Positions 14,320 to 25,982 of a stretch of DNA of 64,000 nt are shown here, piece after piece. The notes under the pieces are model-generated. The model did no database searches. It worked only from the letters and a program-made list of their open reading frames with translations, and was not told the origin of the DNA. The stretch is from Leucoraja erinacea (Eukaryota): assembly GCF_028641065.1 (NCBI RefSeq), contig NC_073409.1:11594001-11658000 (forward strand), read 5' to 3'. The position numbers and the translations under genes are program-made. Positions within the stretch are counted from its first letter, which is position 1; each line of letters begins with the position of its first letter.

Positions 14320-14820
14320 AGGCGCGGGGGGGGGGGAGGGCCCGTTGGACGTGCGCGGGGAGGGTACTTGCGCCCCCCTCTGGCTCAGCCCCGCACTACA
14401 CTCCGCGTCACAGGCCGAGTTGTTGGAGGCGGGGAGAGGGTCAAAGTCGACCTCAAACCGCGATTGGCTGTGGTTACCATCAATCATGTGCTCCTGGCCT
14501 CTGATAGGCTGGGAACCTATGACCGTCACCGGGGGGCGTTGCCGATTCTAATGCCCATCGTGATAGGCTGATTGCGTTGGCAGCTGTGTCCGAGCGCCGG
14601 GCCCTGGGGTGAGCTGGGCGCCGGGGTCGCGCCTCCCGCCTTGGCTTGCTTATGCTGCACGTCGCACGGACGAGATATGATGCCGTCCCGGGGTTGGTAG
14701 TCCGGGAGAGTGGTCCCTGCAGAGACCTTTGAGGGAAGCTCTGGGCTGGGTCCTGGAGGGTGTCCGGGGCTTGGGGGTCTTCAAGGCCGAGGGTCTGGCA
14801 GTGAATGTGACCATTGACGA
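14320..14820 (+). promoter_or_regulatory. CpG island / SLC30A4 promoter and probable non-coding first exon
   Basis: CpG-rich block ~0.5 kb upstream of the acceptor at 15223; inverted CCAAT (GATTGG at ~14462) plus two related GATAGGCTG motifs. Confidence 0.65.
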
Positions 14821-15356
14821 ACCCAGGCGCTGCTTTAAAGCAGAGCAACATCATGTATCTGCGCTGAGATTACTGATTACTGTCGGCTTGTTGAGTTCAC
14901 ACTGGGAAGTCCTGTGGCTTCCTTGGTTTGCATAGGGAAATGTCAAACATTCCTACTTGCTTTGCTTTGCTTCGGGTCTGCTTTTGGTAACGGGCTCTGT
15001 TGGTGTGTTGTGATATTTCAGCGATAACATCAGGGAACGGGTGACTGATTTCTCCGAGACTGGCCACTGTGATTGGAGAGAGCTGAGCCATGAAATGAGA
15101 ATGCGTTGAGAGATGTCAGCACTTTGAACATGTTGTCCCTGTACACAGTGCACTGGATCGGAAGGCTAACACTTGTGTTGCAGTGATCGGTGAATGCAGT
15201 TAATGTGTTTCTGTTTGTTGCAGGGTGTTCTGACGATGCTGGGTTAATCATTGCTGGTCTCCTGGGGCAGAAAAGAAGCAGCATTAGAACTGTAAAGGAG
15301 GAAGGAATATCCAGCTCTGACCAACACTTGGTGTCCATTGCTGACCTTGAGTGATC

Positions 15357-15789
15357 ATGGCTAAATCCTTATGGAGTAAATTGAAGTCATTCACCCACCA
15401 AGATGACGGAGCCTGCACTGACTTAACAAGTGACACTGTTGCACTAGACTTTGCTGATGATGCAGAGGACGATGGAGATATGTCGACATTCAACAGTACC
15501 TGTACACTGCAAGTAGTCACTTTTGATCAGACTGAGGAGATTGCAAATGTGCCGATTGTGATTTGTAATGGGAGCACGGAAGCCAATGGCGAGAGCACCA
15601 ACACTCATGAGGAGTTGGAGGCTTTTCAGAAACCAGGCTTGCAGGATGAATTTCAAGAAGCTGGGCAGTGTAATGAGGAATGCAAACATTGTACAAAGAA
15701 CTCAGAATTAGTCAAGCAGAGGACAGTAAAAAGAAAATTGTGGATTGCTGTTATACTCTACAGTTTGTTTACCATTGGAGAACTTGTGG
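15357..15789 (+). CDS. SLC30A4: Zinc transporter ZnT4, coding exon 1 (exon begins at acceptor 15224); full CDS 7 exons, 437 aa
   Basis: MAKSLWSKLKS...DTVALDFADD...KQRTVKRKLWIAVILYSLFTIGELV(G)|gtaagt; similar to the ZnT4 N-terminus and TM1. Confidence 0.93.
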
Positions 15790-16019
15790 GTAAGTTTGAT
15801 TTTGGATATTTGGATGACAATTTGAACTTTTGTTGAATAGTTTTACAGTTTTATGCCTCTTTGTAATTTACGAGTGGGGTAATTGATTGGATAGAAGATT
15901 GCATCCTACCATTTCTGGGTTTTAATGTGCTGCATAATAGGTGCAAAATTCAGCCTTTGCTGGAAATCAGCCTGCTTTGGTATAAATCATTTAACAAGGA
16001 AGCATCCGTGGATACTATG

Positions 16020-16385
16020 GGGAAGGCGACCAGAACTGTATACAATACTCGAAATGCGACCTAACCGGTCTTATGGAACTGCATCATGATTCCCTGACTC
16101 TTGTACTCAATGCCCTGACAATAAAGCCAAGCATACCAGACACATTCTTTACCACCCTATGTACTTGTGCTGCAATCTTCAGTGAGTTATGAACTCTGAC
16201 GCCACTTGTGCTGCAATCTTCAGTGAGTTATGAACTCTGACGCCAAGATAGATAGATATAGATATAGATATGCCATTTATTGTCACTATACATGTACAGT
16301 GAAATTGAAAGCTGCTCGTACTCAGTGCATACATATAATTTAGTACAAAAAACAAGAAACAGAAAAACAAAAACAGAAGGGAGAA

Positions 16386-16427
<42 letters not shown>

Positions 16428-16805
16428 TGCACAATTCTGCAGAGCTATATACATATATACATATATACAGATGGAAGTCCGGGTGTTGGGCTGTGAAGTC
16501 AGTGCATGTGTGAATTTGAATTAAGAGTAGTTATAATTTTCGGAAAGCAACTATTGATCCCTTTACACTTCAATGCTGTTAAGGGTCCTGCCATTAACTG
16601 TATACTTTCTGCTTACATTCAACCTCCCAAAGTGCAACACCTCACATGTGCTCCGATTAAACTCCATATGCCATTTCTCTGCCCGTTTCTGCAGCTGATG
16701 TATATCACGCTGTATCTCCTGACAGCCTTCCTCACTGTCTGCAACTCCTGCAATTTTGGTGTCGTCCGCAAACTTGCTCACCAACCAATCAACATTTACG
16801 TCCAA
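16020..16805 (-). mobile_element. CR1-type LINE RT fragment interrupted by another element (~16248-16555)
   Basis: ORF 16563..16823 SKFADDTKIAG...WHMEFNRSTCEVLHFG. Confidence 0.8.
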
Positions 16806-17126
16806 GTAAAATACAAAGTGCAAGAGGGGGATTCAGTAGATCAGACATCTGGGAGGGGGAGAGGGGGGGGGGGTTGGACAGGCGATTAATTGGGTTGCGA
16901 TCCTTTAATAGATTGCGAATTCTGACCTTAACATTTAGAGGACTAAGTCAATGTGGTACATGTTATGCTATGGCAGTCACCAAAAGTATGAAGGGATTTG
17001 AGACATCAACCTGGATGTTAATGAATGGTGGAGCAAGTTGAAGCACTGTCTCCTGTTCTTATGTTCAGTGATTTTGTCTAAGTGGGTTTTTTTTTCTCCC
17101 CCTCCCTTTCTTTCCCCACTAACCAG

Positions 17127-17273
17127 GAGGGTGGCTTTCTAACAGCCTGGCGATCATGACTGATGCTGTTCACATGCTAGCCGATGTGCTGGGGATTGCT
17201 GCTTCCTTGGTTGCACTATATCTTTCAGCAAGGCCTCCAAGTAACAGGTTCACGTTCGGCTGGCATCGATTCG
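17127..17273 (+). CDS. SLC30A4: ZnT4 coding exon 2
   Basis: accag|[20 protein letters not shown]...RFTFGWHRF|gtacgt; CDF signature, TM2 HxxxD; 147 nt. Confidence 0.96.
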
Positions 17274-20200
17274 GTACGTGATAATTTGCCTGATTATTGT
17301 AAGCTCTCACTTCACCTTTTTGGTGCACAATTGGTTGGATGATTACAGTGTGTTAATTTCCTTAGATATGGATCAATATCAACTTTTTGCCATCCAGACG
17401 TGCTGTGGTATAAAGTCTTTGTCTTGCTGCAGTCCTGGCTTTGCTCTCTCAGCACTTCAAGCTGACAGTCCTAAATTGAGATTGATCAGGATAGATGATG
17501 GGCTAAAGTTATAGGAAAAGTATAATGAAGAGAGGCTTTAATGCGGAGCTTGCTGTTTCAGCTGATGAGGTAAACAAGCTGCCCTGTGGGGGTGGGAAGG
17601 GAGGGAACTGCATGGGGAAGTGGAGGGAGCCTCTCACTAACCAAGTACAGTTAGCTGACTCCCCAGTACAACTTGGGAGCTTATAAAGGGATGCTGAAGT
17701 CCCGACCGGAAACATCACCCATCATGTTCTCCAGGGTTGCTCCCTGAACCGCTGAGTTATTCCAGCACTTTTTGTCGATGGGGAATCTCAATACGTTTCA
17801 TGCACCATGGTCTTGCGAGTGTGGGTTTTGGTATATAACGGGAGGGGGGTTCAGGGAGGCTGGTAATGCTGATTTGTCTGTGTGGGAATGTTCACCATGA
17901 GCTTCTGAATGTCAGTAGCTATACGGTGAGTCTTTTGACACTTATTGTTCAAGGTTTTGGTGAGGGTGTGGCCTGGCAGGACGGGTTCTCCAGGTGGATG
18001 CACCCTGTGCATCATGAGGGAGGTGTTAGATGACATGTTCCAGAAATCGTCATGTCCAGTTGCAGCAGCTTGTGCTGTTTCAGAGCTGGGCCGATGCTAA
18101 GAGTCACTGAGGTGCATCCATGGGGCTGATAACTGAATAACATGATTGGGGAGGTGATTACATTGTAGCTTGGGTTTGACAAGGCAGAGTTCATGGGGGA
18201 CCATCAATCAGACTGGAAGGAGAGATACAGAATGTTGGAGTAACTCAGCAGGTCAGGCAGCACATCTGGAGAACATGAATAGGTGATGTTTCAGGTAGGG
18301 GCCCTTCAGACTGATTGGGTCAGACTAGAAGAAGCCCGTGAGTAATGAGCGAGTCATCATTGTTGAGCAGACTTCCCTTTGGCACGCTGTTAGGGGTCTG
18401 TAAAGGAATACAGAGAGAGTCAGGATCATGACACTGAATGGCTCGGCTGCATAGGAGAGCGGGAAGAAAGTGTGAGAACAATAATGATAGGGAATTCAAT
18501 GGTTGGGGTGTGTTTCTGTGCTTGCAGATGTGGCTCCTCGTGCCAGTGACAATCATACCGGGGAACATCTGCAGAACATCTGGAGGGGGTGGGCAAACCC
18601 CAGGAATTGTGGTTCATGTTCTTCAAAGCTTAATTTTAACTGCAAATTAAACTATCTTTGTTTTAGCCTGTATCCATATGCTTCACATATTATTGAGAAC
18701 TATCTTACTATATAGGTAGCTCCATCAAAGAGACGGCACAAGATAATGTGAATGGTCTCCTCCTGTACTGTATCGGTCTTTGCTTATTTATTCAGTTCAA
18801 CCGTACACTCACTCCTGGATTTGTTTTAGTGTAATGGAATTTGTGTGTTGGTAAACTGAACTAAAAATCATTACATTGGAAAACCCTTAATTAGTCAGTC
18901 GCTTGAACATTGACTCACTGTTTGAACTTTGTATTATGTTCCTAAATATAAAACAATAATTGCTGTATGCTTCACCTACACACTGCCTTTAGACCTAAAG
19001 GCACAACATTTACAACAAGACAATGGAGAGTGTATTATGCCACGCAGCATTGACTGCCTAATCTGGTGAGGAGTGACTTTGTGTGCTCCAAATGTATTGC
19101 ATCTGTGACTGAGGCTGAAAGTTTGGACAAAACTCTAGAGAAGAGCTGGTGGAGAAGGAAAGAGTAAGAGTGTGTGTACAGGGATGGGGGGGTCATGATT
19201 TCTGCAGTATAATCATAACACAGATTAAGACTGCATGAGTCAAGGTGTTGTCTAGGCGGAAAAAAGTGAGAAAGCTGTGCTCTTTTAATGTATTATTTTT
19301 TACTGCAATCTCACCTTGAAAATGCCATTTCTTCCCTTGCACCTGCTCTGCCTATCTCCTTTATGTATTGTTAGAATTACAATTCTTAATTCATTTGTGG
19401 GATTTGACTATCGCTCATAAGGCCAGCATCTATTGCCTTTACTGCTTTGAAGAAGGTGTTGATGAGCCACATTTTTGATGGCTGTTGGCAAGGGAGATTC
19501 AGTATTGAGACTGAGTGATGATGAGGTTTATAAGTATATTTCCAAATCAGCCCAATGTGCAAGCTGGGGAACCTGCAGATGGCGGTGATTCTCTGCTCTT
19601 GCTGGTGGAAGAGATTGCAAGTTTGTGGGGCTACTGTCGGGGACCTAGATAAGTAACCGCAGAGCATTCTTTGATATTGCACATTGTAGCCACAGTGGTG
19701 GAAGGAGCGAATCTTGAGGGTGGAGTTTGGGATGTCACTGAATCCATGGTGCCTTATCCTCAATGATGTTGAAGGAAATTGTTGGAGCTATCAATACTGT
19801 CCAATTCTTCTACTAATGTTACAAATACTGCCTTGGACAGACGTATCAATTACAAAAGTACTGGTTGCAGATGTAATCATGCAGGGTGTCCAACTTGGTC
19901 AATGATGGGGGGAAAAAAGTTCCCTGTGAGGATGTCAGCTGTGGTCTTGCTCCAAACAGTGGTTCTTTAAAAGTGCTTATTAAATATTTAGTCTTTGTAT
20001 GTACTGGAAGCCAAGTACAGTATGTTCCCTAAGTGTATTTTGGCAGCAGTGAAGATTTTGGTGAAATTGGGAATTCGTTGCATGGGGGAAAGATGTGGTG
20101 CTTAGTATTAAAAATAACAGAAAGAAAATTGAATTAAGAAGAAAACAACATATTGAGTTGAATAAACTAACAATGTAGCTGGGTACCAAGTCTTGAGCTG

Positions 20201-20347
20201 TTGGCAACTACACCTGCAGTAATTGTTAACCGGAACTGCTTAAGGTCTCGAGTTCAGACCTTGAGCAGGGCTTGCTGTCACGCTGGTGACATCTGTAAGG
20301 CCAGAGGTTATATGGACAGCATGTTCCAGGTGGTGATTGCTGCAGCT

Positions 20348-21830
20348 TGTATCATTTTCAACCTGAGCCTCCAGTCAGGGAGGGTACCAGGTTTGTGGAA
20401 AACATCATGTCTCGTGCCGATTCCCAAAGCAGGGCGGCCGACCGAGATCAACGACTACGGACCGGTGGCCCTTGCATCCCATATCATGAAAACAATGGAG
20501 CGGCTATTCATTCGTCTCCTGAGACCACAAGTCCAGCACGCACTCGACCCACTACAGTCTGCATACCAGGAGAACATTGGGGTGGATGACGCAGTCCTCT
20601 ACATGCTGCACCGGATCTACTCCTTTTTGGACAAACCCGGTGGCTATGTGAGGATTATGTTCTTCGACTTCTCAAGTGCGTTCAACACCATCCAACCCCT
20701 GATTCTGAATGACAAGCTTAAGAAGATGGGGGTGGATTCCACATTTATCTCCTGGATAGACGACTACCTGACGGGTCAACCACAGTTTGTCAAGCTGAGG
20801 GACAGTGTCTCTGGCACAGTGGTGTGCAATGTTGGAGCCCCACACGGAACGGTTCTGGCCCCGTTCCTCTTCACCCTGTATACAGCAGACTTTAACTATA
20901 AGTCTGACACATGCCACGTACAGAAATATTCAGATGATACAGCGATTGTGGCATGTGTAAGGAACGGGCAGGAGGAGGAATACAGGAACTTGACCAGTTC
21001 CTTTTGTGCCTGGAGTGAAGAGAACTGTCTCATCCTGAACACAACTAAGACTAAAGAGATGGTGGTTAACTTTGGCAGGTCCAAGCTCCCCCTTCAGCCG
21101 GTCAACGCTGCTGGGGCTGACATTGAGGTGGTGCAGACATATAAATACCTTGGAGTGCACCTTGATAACAAACTGGACTGGTCTGTCAACTCTGCATCCC
21201 TCTACAAAAAAGGCCAGAGCAGACTCTTTTTCCTCAGAAGGCTCAAATCCTTCAATGTGTGTAATGACATGCTGCACATGTTTTACAACACTGTGGTTGC
21301 AAGTGTTATTTTCTATGCTGTTGTCTGCTGGGGCAACAGCATTAGTGCAAAAAACAACAAGAAGCTGGTCAAACTGGTTAAACGAGCTAGCTCAGTGCTG
21401 GAGGGGAGAGTAGACTCTGGGATGGATGTGCTTGAGAGGCGTATGAGGCACAAGGTGCAGGTCATCCTGAAAAACCCCGGGCATCCCCTCCATGTAATTC
21501 TGGAGAGTCAAAAGAGCACTCGGAACAACAACCGGCTCCTCTCCCTGCCCTGTAGAACGGAGCGGTTCAGGAGATCCTTCACCCCTGCAGCCATTAGATT
21601 TTATAATTCGGACCGCTAGGCTGTAGGGGGATGCATTCTTGCAATTTTTAATTTTTAATTGTTAATTATTGGTCTTTTTAAGTATTTATTGCTCTCAGGT
21701 AGTGTCCACAGTGTATTCTATGTATTTTCTGTCTGCGTTCGTTTTGAATCTGTGGGTTTGTTGGTTGGGGGCTTCTGGACATCTGAATTTCCCTGAGGGG
21801 ATCAATTAAGTATTTATTATTATTATTATT
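20348..21830 (+). mobile_element. Rex1/Babar-clade LINE, 5'-truncated, uninterrupted RT ORF to 21619
   Basis: VRIMFFDFSSAFNTIQP, GAPHGTVLAPFLFTLYT, QKYSDDTAIV, YKYLGVHLDNKLDW, HPLH, RFRRSF; (TAT)n tail at ~21810-21830. Confidence 0.88.
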
Positions 21831-22377
21831 ATATGGAGGGAGAATGATCTGACTAGGAGGACCAGGCAGGAAATGCAAGCATCTACGGAATGCCCTTGAC
21901 TCTACAGTTGGTTTTTGCTTCTGAACACTGGAGAAGGTGTTAAATTCCTTGGGATTTCAACCAGATCAAAATCCAAGGTAAAGCAGGTGACTTGCCTGAA
22001 CAGGATAGAAACCAAACTACAGAGATCTGGGGTGACAGGAATTCAGCACGTGATGGGGTGAGGTGAGGGATGAAGTTCTGGGGCTCAGCTAGGATGCCTG
22101 GGTTGAAGGTTCTTCTTGGTACCCGAGCCAAGGATGCGGCAGAACGCAGAAATGAATGGAGCAAATTTGAAAACAATGTACCAAAATGCTGTGGTATTCA
22201 CATTCCTTGTATATTTAGCATTGGTTCAGTTGTCATGTAGTTGTGACAATGATCATTGTGCTTGATGTGATCAGCCCATTCCTCCTGACAAGTCTCTTCA
22301 GTCGTAGGGTTGCCAATGCTTGCATTATTTGTTTTGTACTTTATTAATGTGACTAACATTCTCCCCGTCTGTTGCAG

Positions 22378-22531
22378 AGGCGCTGGCGGCGGTGCTCAGT
22401 ATGTTGCTGATCTACGCTGTAACCATAGGGCTTGTATATGAGGCTGTTCAGAGGACCATACACCAGGACTTTGAGATCAATGCAGACGTGATGATTATCA
22501 TTGCAGCTGTTGGAGTTGCCATTAACCTCGT
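22378..22531 (+). CDS. SLC30A4: ZnT4 coding exon 3
   Basis: ttgcag|EALAAVLSMLLIY...YEAVQRTIHQDFEINADVM...VGVAINL|gtaagt; 154 nt. Confidence 0.95.
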
Positions 22532-22580
22532 GTAAGTAGCATTTGCTTTAAAGAGCTGAATTAACACTCTGCTGCAGTCC

Positions 22581-23133
22581 TTCTTCTTATCTTCTCAAGC
22601 CCTTTGCTCCTCTGGGGAGCATAGGCCATTGACAAATGTCCCCCACCTCATTCGATTGTTGGCAAATCTTTTGAGATCTCCCCAGTTGAGCCCACTCTCA
22701 GACATCTCTCTCTGGACACCTCTTCTCCAGCTGTTCCTGGGGTGACCTCTTTTCATTTTTCCCTGGGGTTCAGTTTCAGGGCTTGCCGGGTGATGTTTGT
22801 GGCAGGTTTTCTGAGGGTCCAACTCCAACTCTATTTTCTCCTTCGAATTTGTAAGTCAGTGGGCTCCTGGCTTGTTCTTTTCCACAGGTCCACATTGCTG
22901 ACATTGCCTCTCCACCAGATGTTAAGTATTCTCCTAAGGCAGGTGTTAATAAATGTTTGCAGCCTGTTTGTAGTATGTTTTGTTGTTTTCCATGTCTCTG
23001 ATCCATACAGCACCACCTGTTTCACATTTGAGTTAAAGATGCGTATTTTGGTGTTGATTGAGATGTGTTTTGAGCTCCTTCCTGAGCATGTTAAACACCA
23101 CCCTAGCATTGATTCTACATTTTATGTCTGCCT
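22581..23133 (-). mobile_element. RTE-clade LINE 3' fragment with 9-bp target site duplication
   Basis: TKIRIFNSNVKQVVLYGSETW...CLRRIL, PQGKMKRGHPRNSWRR; (AAG)n-like tail; CTGCAGTCC at 22572-22580 and 23134-23142. Confidence 0.85.
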
Positions 23134-23885
23134 CTGCAGTCCACAATGTCTTTACGCCCATCATTTGGGCTGGAAGTCCAATTTCACGGTTTCATTGGTT
23201 GTAACATCCAAAGGTCAGAGGAATGTTGGGTAATGATTATTAGTATGGCTTATATTGTGAGTGCCCAGAAGTGTGGTTGGGTGGGAACAGTATGGAATTA
23301 GACATTGCTGGAAGAGGGTGGCACCAGGTCAGTGAGTCTAGTAGCCTTGGGAGGGGGTGCCCAGCAGTGTTTGGGGGTGTAGGGGAGAGGGAGAGTGCCC
23401 AGCATCAAGGGGTCAGTGCAGTGTAGGGTGTAAGCACATCTCTGAACAGCGACAGTTCTGAAAGTGCTATTGTTGCAATTCTTCCCAAGCAAAACTTATT
23501 TCCAGCACTCACAATCTTTTGGGTAGAGATCCTTCTTCAAACGTCTGAAGAAAGGTTCCAAATCAAAACATCACCTTTCCAACACTTGGTGTTTTACTCA
23601 AGATTTCAGCACCTGCGGTTCTCTGTGTGTTAATTTGTGCTCTAACTTAATCACTCCAGATTCACTGTGTTTAGGAGAATTAATTTCCATCCACTGAGAT
23701 GAAATTATTTGATTAAATTAATTTGGCTTCACTTGATCGAGGTTTTATGCCAGGTGTTGAGATGATGCCAGGCTGCATGCCAGGTTTATACTCAGTAATA
23801 CTTTGATTATGCAGAATGATGAAGGGTTTTGTATGCACATTGTTCAATGTTTAAAACTTTCATGTTTTTAATTTAAATTTAACAG

Positions 23886-24069
23886 GATGGGGTTTTTGCT
23901 GAATCAGTCTACCCATTCCCATTCCCACTGCCCTTCAGAAACCAGGGGAGCGCCTGGACACGCTCATGGTTCTGGGACTCTGGCTGTGCGAGCTGCTTTC
24001 ATCCATGCTCTGGGAGACATGATGCAGAGTATTGGTGTCCTGATGGCAGCCTATATCATTCGCTTTGAA
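23886..24069 (+). CDS. SLC30A4: ZnT4 coding exon 4 (His-rich loop, TM5)
   Basis: aacag|[14 protein letters not shown]...[30 protein letters not shown]|gtacgt; 184 nt. Confidence 0.96.
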
Positions 24070-25876
24070 GTACGTTTGACCTTCTTTTGTTGCAAATTAT
24101 ATAATCCTGTGCACTGCATGGTTCCATAATGGAGTGGGTAAAACTGGTTTAGTCCTTCAGGTGCAAGGTGTTGTCACTTGTCTGTGAAATCAATGCTAAG
24201 TTTTGGGAGACGAAAATATGATTTGGAGTGGAACAAAATGACTCATAAATAAGAATTGGAGGGAGTAGATTGTGAGGCCTCTTGCCTTCCCTGCAATACC
24301 ACAATGGTGTGCTCCTGCACACTCCACATATCCTGTGTGAACATCTATTTTTTATATTTGTTTTCAGGGTCACGGGTTTGCTGACCAGGTCGGCATTCAT
24401 CCCCTTTCCAATATTGTTCCTGGGGAGGTGTGGTTGTGAACCACTGATCTGTTTTGAATTATCTCGAGGACTGAACTTCCTGTGCTCTCCAGCGGGCAGG
24501 GAATTCCCGCGATTCACCCATTTGCGTGGACATTTCTCCTCATCTCTCTCCTACATGCCCTACCCCTTATTCTGAGGCTGTGGCCCTGGTTACAGATTTC
24601 TATCTCGGGAGAAATTGTCCTCCCTGCAACCCAGACTGTCGAGCCGGGCAAGAGTTTGTAATTGTCAGTGAGATCGCCTTTCATTCTACTAGTTTTGCAA
24701 ATCCAATTCCAGCCTATTGATCAGTCCAAGAATGGCAAATCCACCTCCCTGGAACCAGTCTGGGGACACTTCCTTTCTGGATGGTATATCCTTCTTTAAA
24801 GAAACCAACACTGACCCCTATTGGACTAATTACCAGTATTCTAAATCTGAAGTCCCATCTTTCTATTGTAACTCTTGAATCACGCCCCATATAATTGTAC
24901 TAAGATATTTGTATTCCTGCATTTAAATACTCTTGCAGTAATGGCCAACATGTAATTTGCCTTTATTTCTCTGGCAGCATGCTCATTGGCCCTATCTCTG
25001 TGCTTTGACTTGTTGAATACCTGACATTTGTTGTAAATACAAAGGCTTTATAGCACAGAAAGAGAGCAGTTGGACCTGTCCTAGGGAGTAAAAACTCCCA
25101 AGTACATGGTTGCTGTGTTCACATTCATTCTACCCAATCTCAACTTGGGATGATAGACACAAAATGCTGGAGTAACTCAGCGGATCAGGCAGCATCCCTG
25201 AAGAAAAGAAATAGGTGACATTTCGGGTTGAGACCCTTCTTTGAACTGAAAGTCAGACAGAATTTTTTCCCTGGATCTCAGTCTGAAGAAGAATCTCAAC
25301 CCAAAACATATTTTCCTTTTCTCCAGAGGTGCTGTCTGACCAGCTGATTTTTTTCTTGTTGTCTCTTTTCAGTTTTAAAAGGATCTGCAGTCCATCCTAC
25401 ACATTTTCTCAACTTGGGATGATTCTCTCAGATTCCCGCGTATTTGCCATTTTTGGAGATGTTGAATAGAATGGGATTGGATTTACATGACTTTTGGGTG
25501 TTGAGATGATGCTAGGAGGCAGTCTGTTAACAAATAGTCCGCATCAAATTCTTGATTAACTGTGCCTTCTAAACTCATCCAGAGCCATTTTATGCTTTCT
25601 TTAAATGTGCTGGGTTCACTGATAAAATTACAGTCGACTCTATAACATGCAAAGTAAAAGTGTATTGGGAGTATCATTCAATAATTCAGTAAATTCAAGA
25701 AATCTGCTTGTTTCAAAACCAGCAAATTCCCAAGCTTGCTGTATTATTGTAATTGTCCTTTGACCAGATGTTAACGGATGTTTTGGGTGTGTGAAACACA
25801 CGACTGATTGGGTCCATGACCCAGCATGGTGTTGTGGCTTTGACTCCACTTCATGGTTACTCTTACTCTCCCACAG

Positions 25877-25982
25877 CCAGCCTACAAGATTGCTGACCCA
25901 ATTTGCACCTACATCTTCTCCATTCTCGTTTTGTGCACGACATTCCGAATAATGCGAGACACCGTTCTGATCTTTCTGGAAG
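25877..25982 (+). CDS. SLC30A4: ZnT4 coding exon 5
   Basis: cacag|[35 protein letters not shown](G)|gtacaa; 106 nt. Confidence 0.96.

Noticed and set aside
16386-16426. Long poly-G/poly-C runs (also ~28306, 33356, 34395, 35664, 45987, 46074) yielding poly-Pro/Gly ORFs
   Set aside because: Low-complexity homopolymers of unreliable length; not coding.
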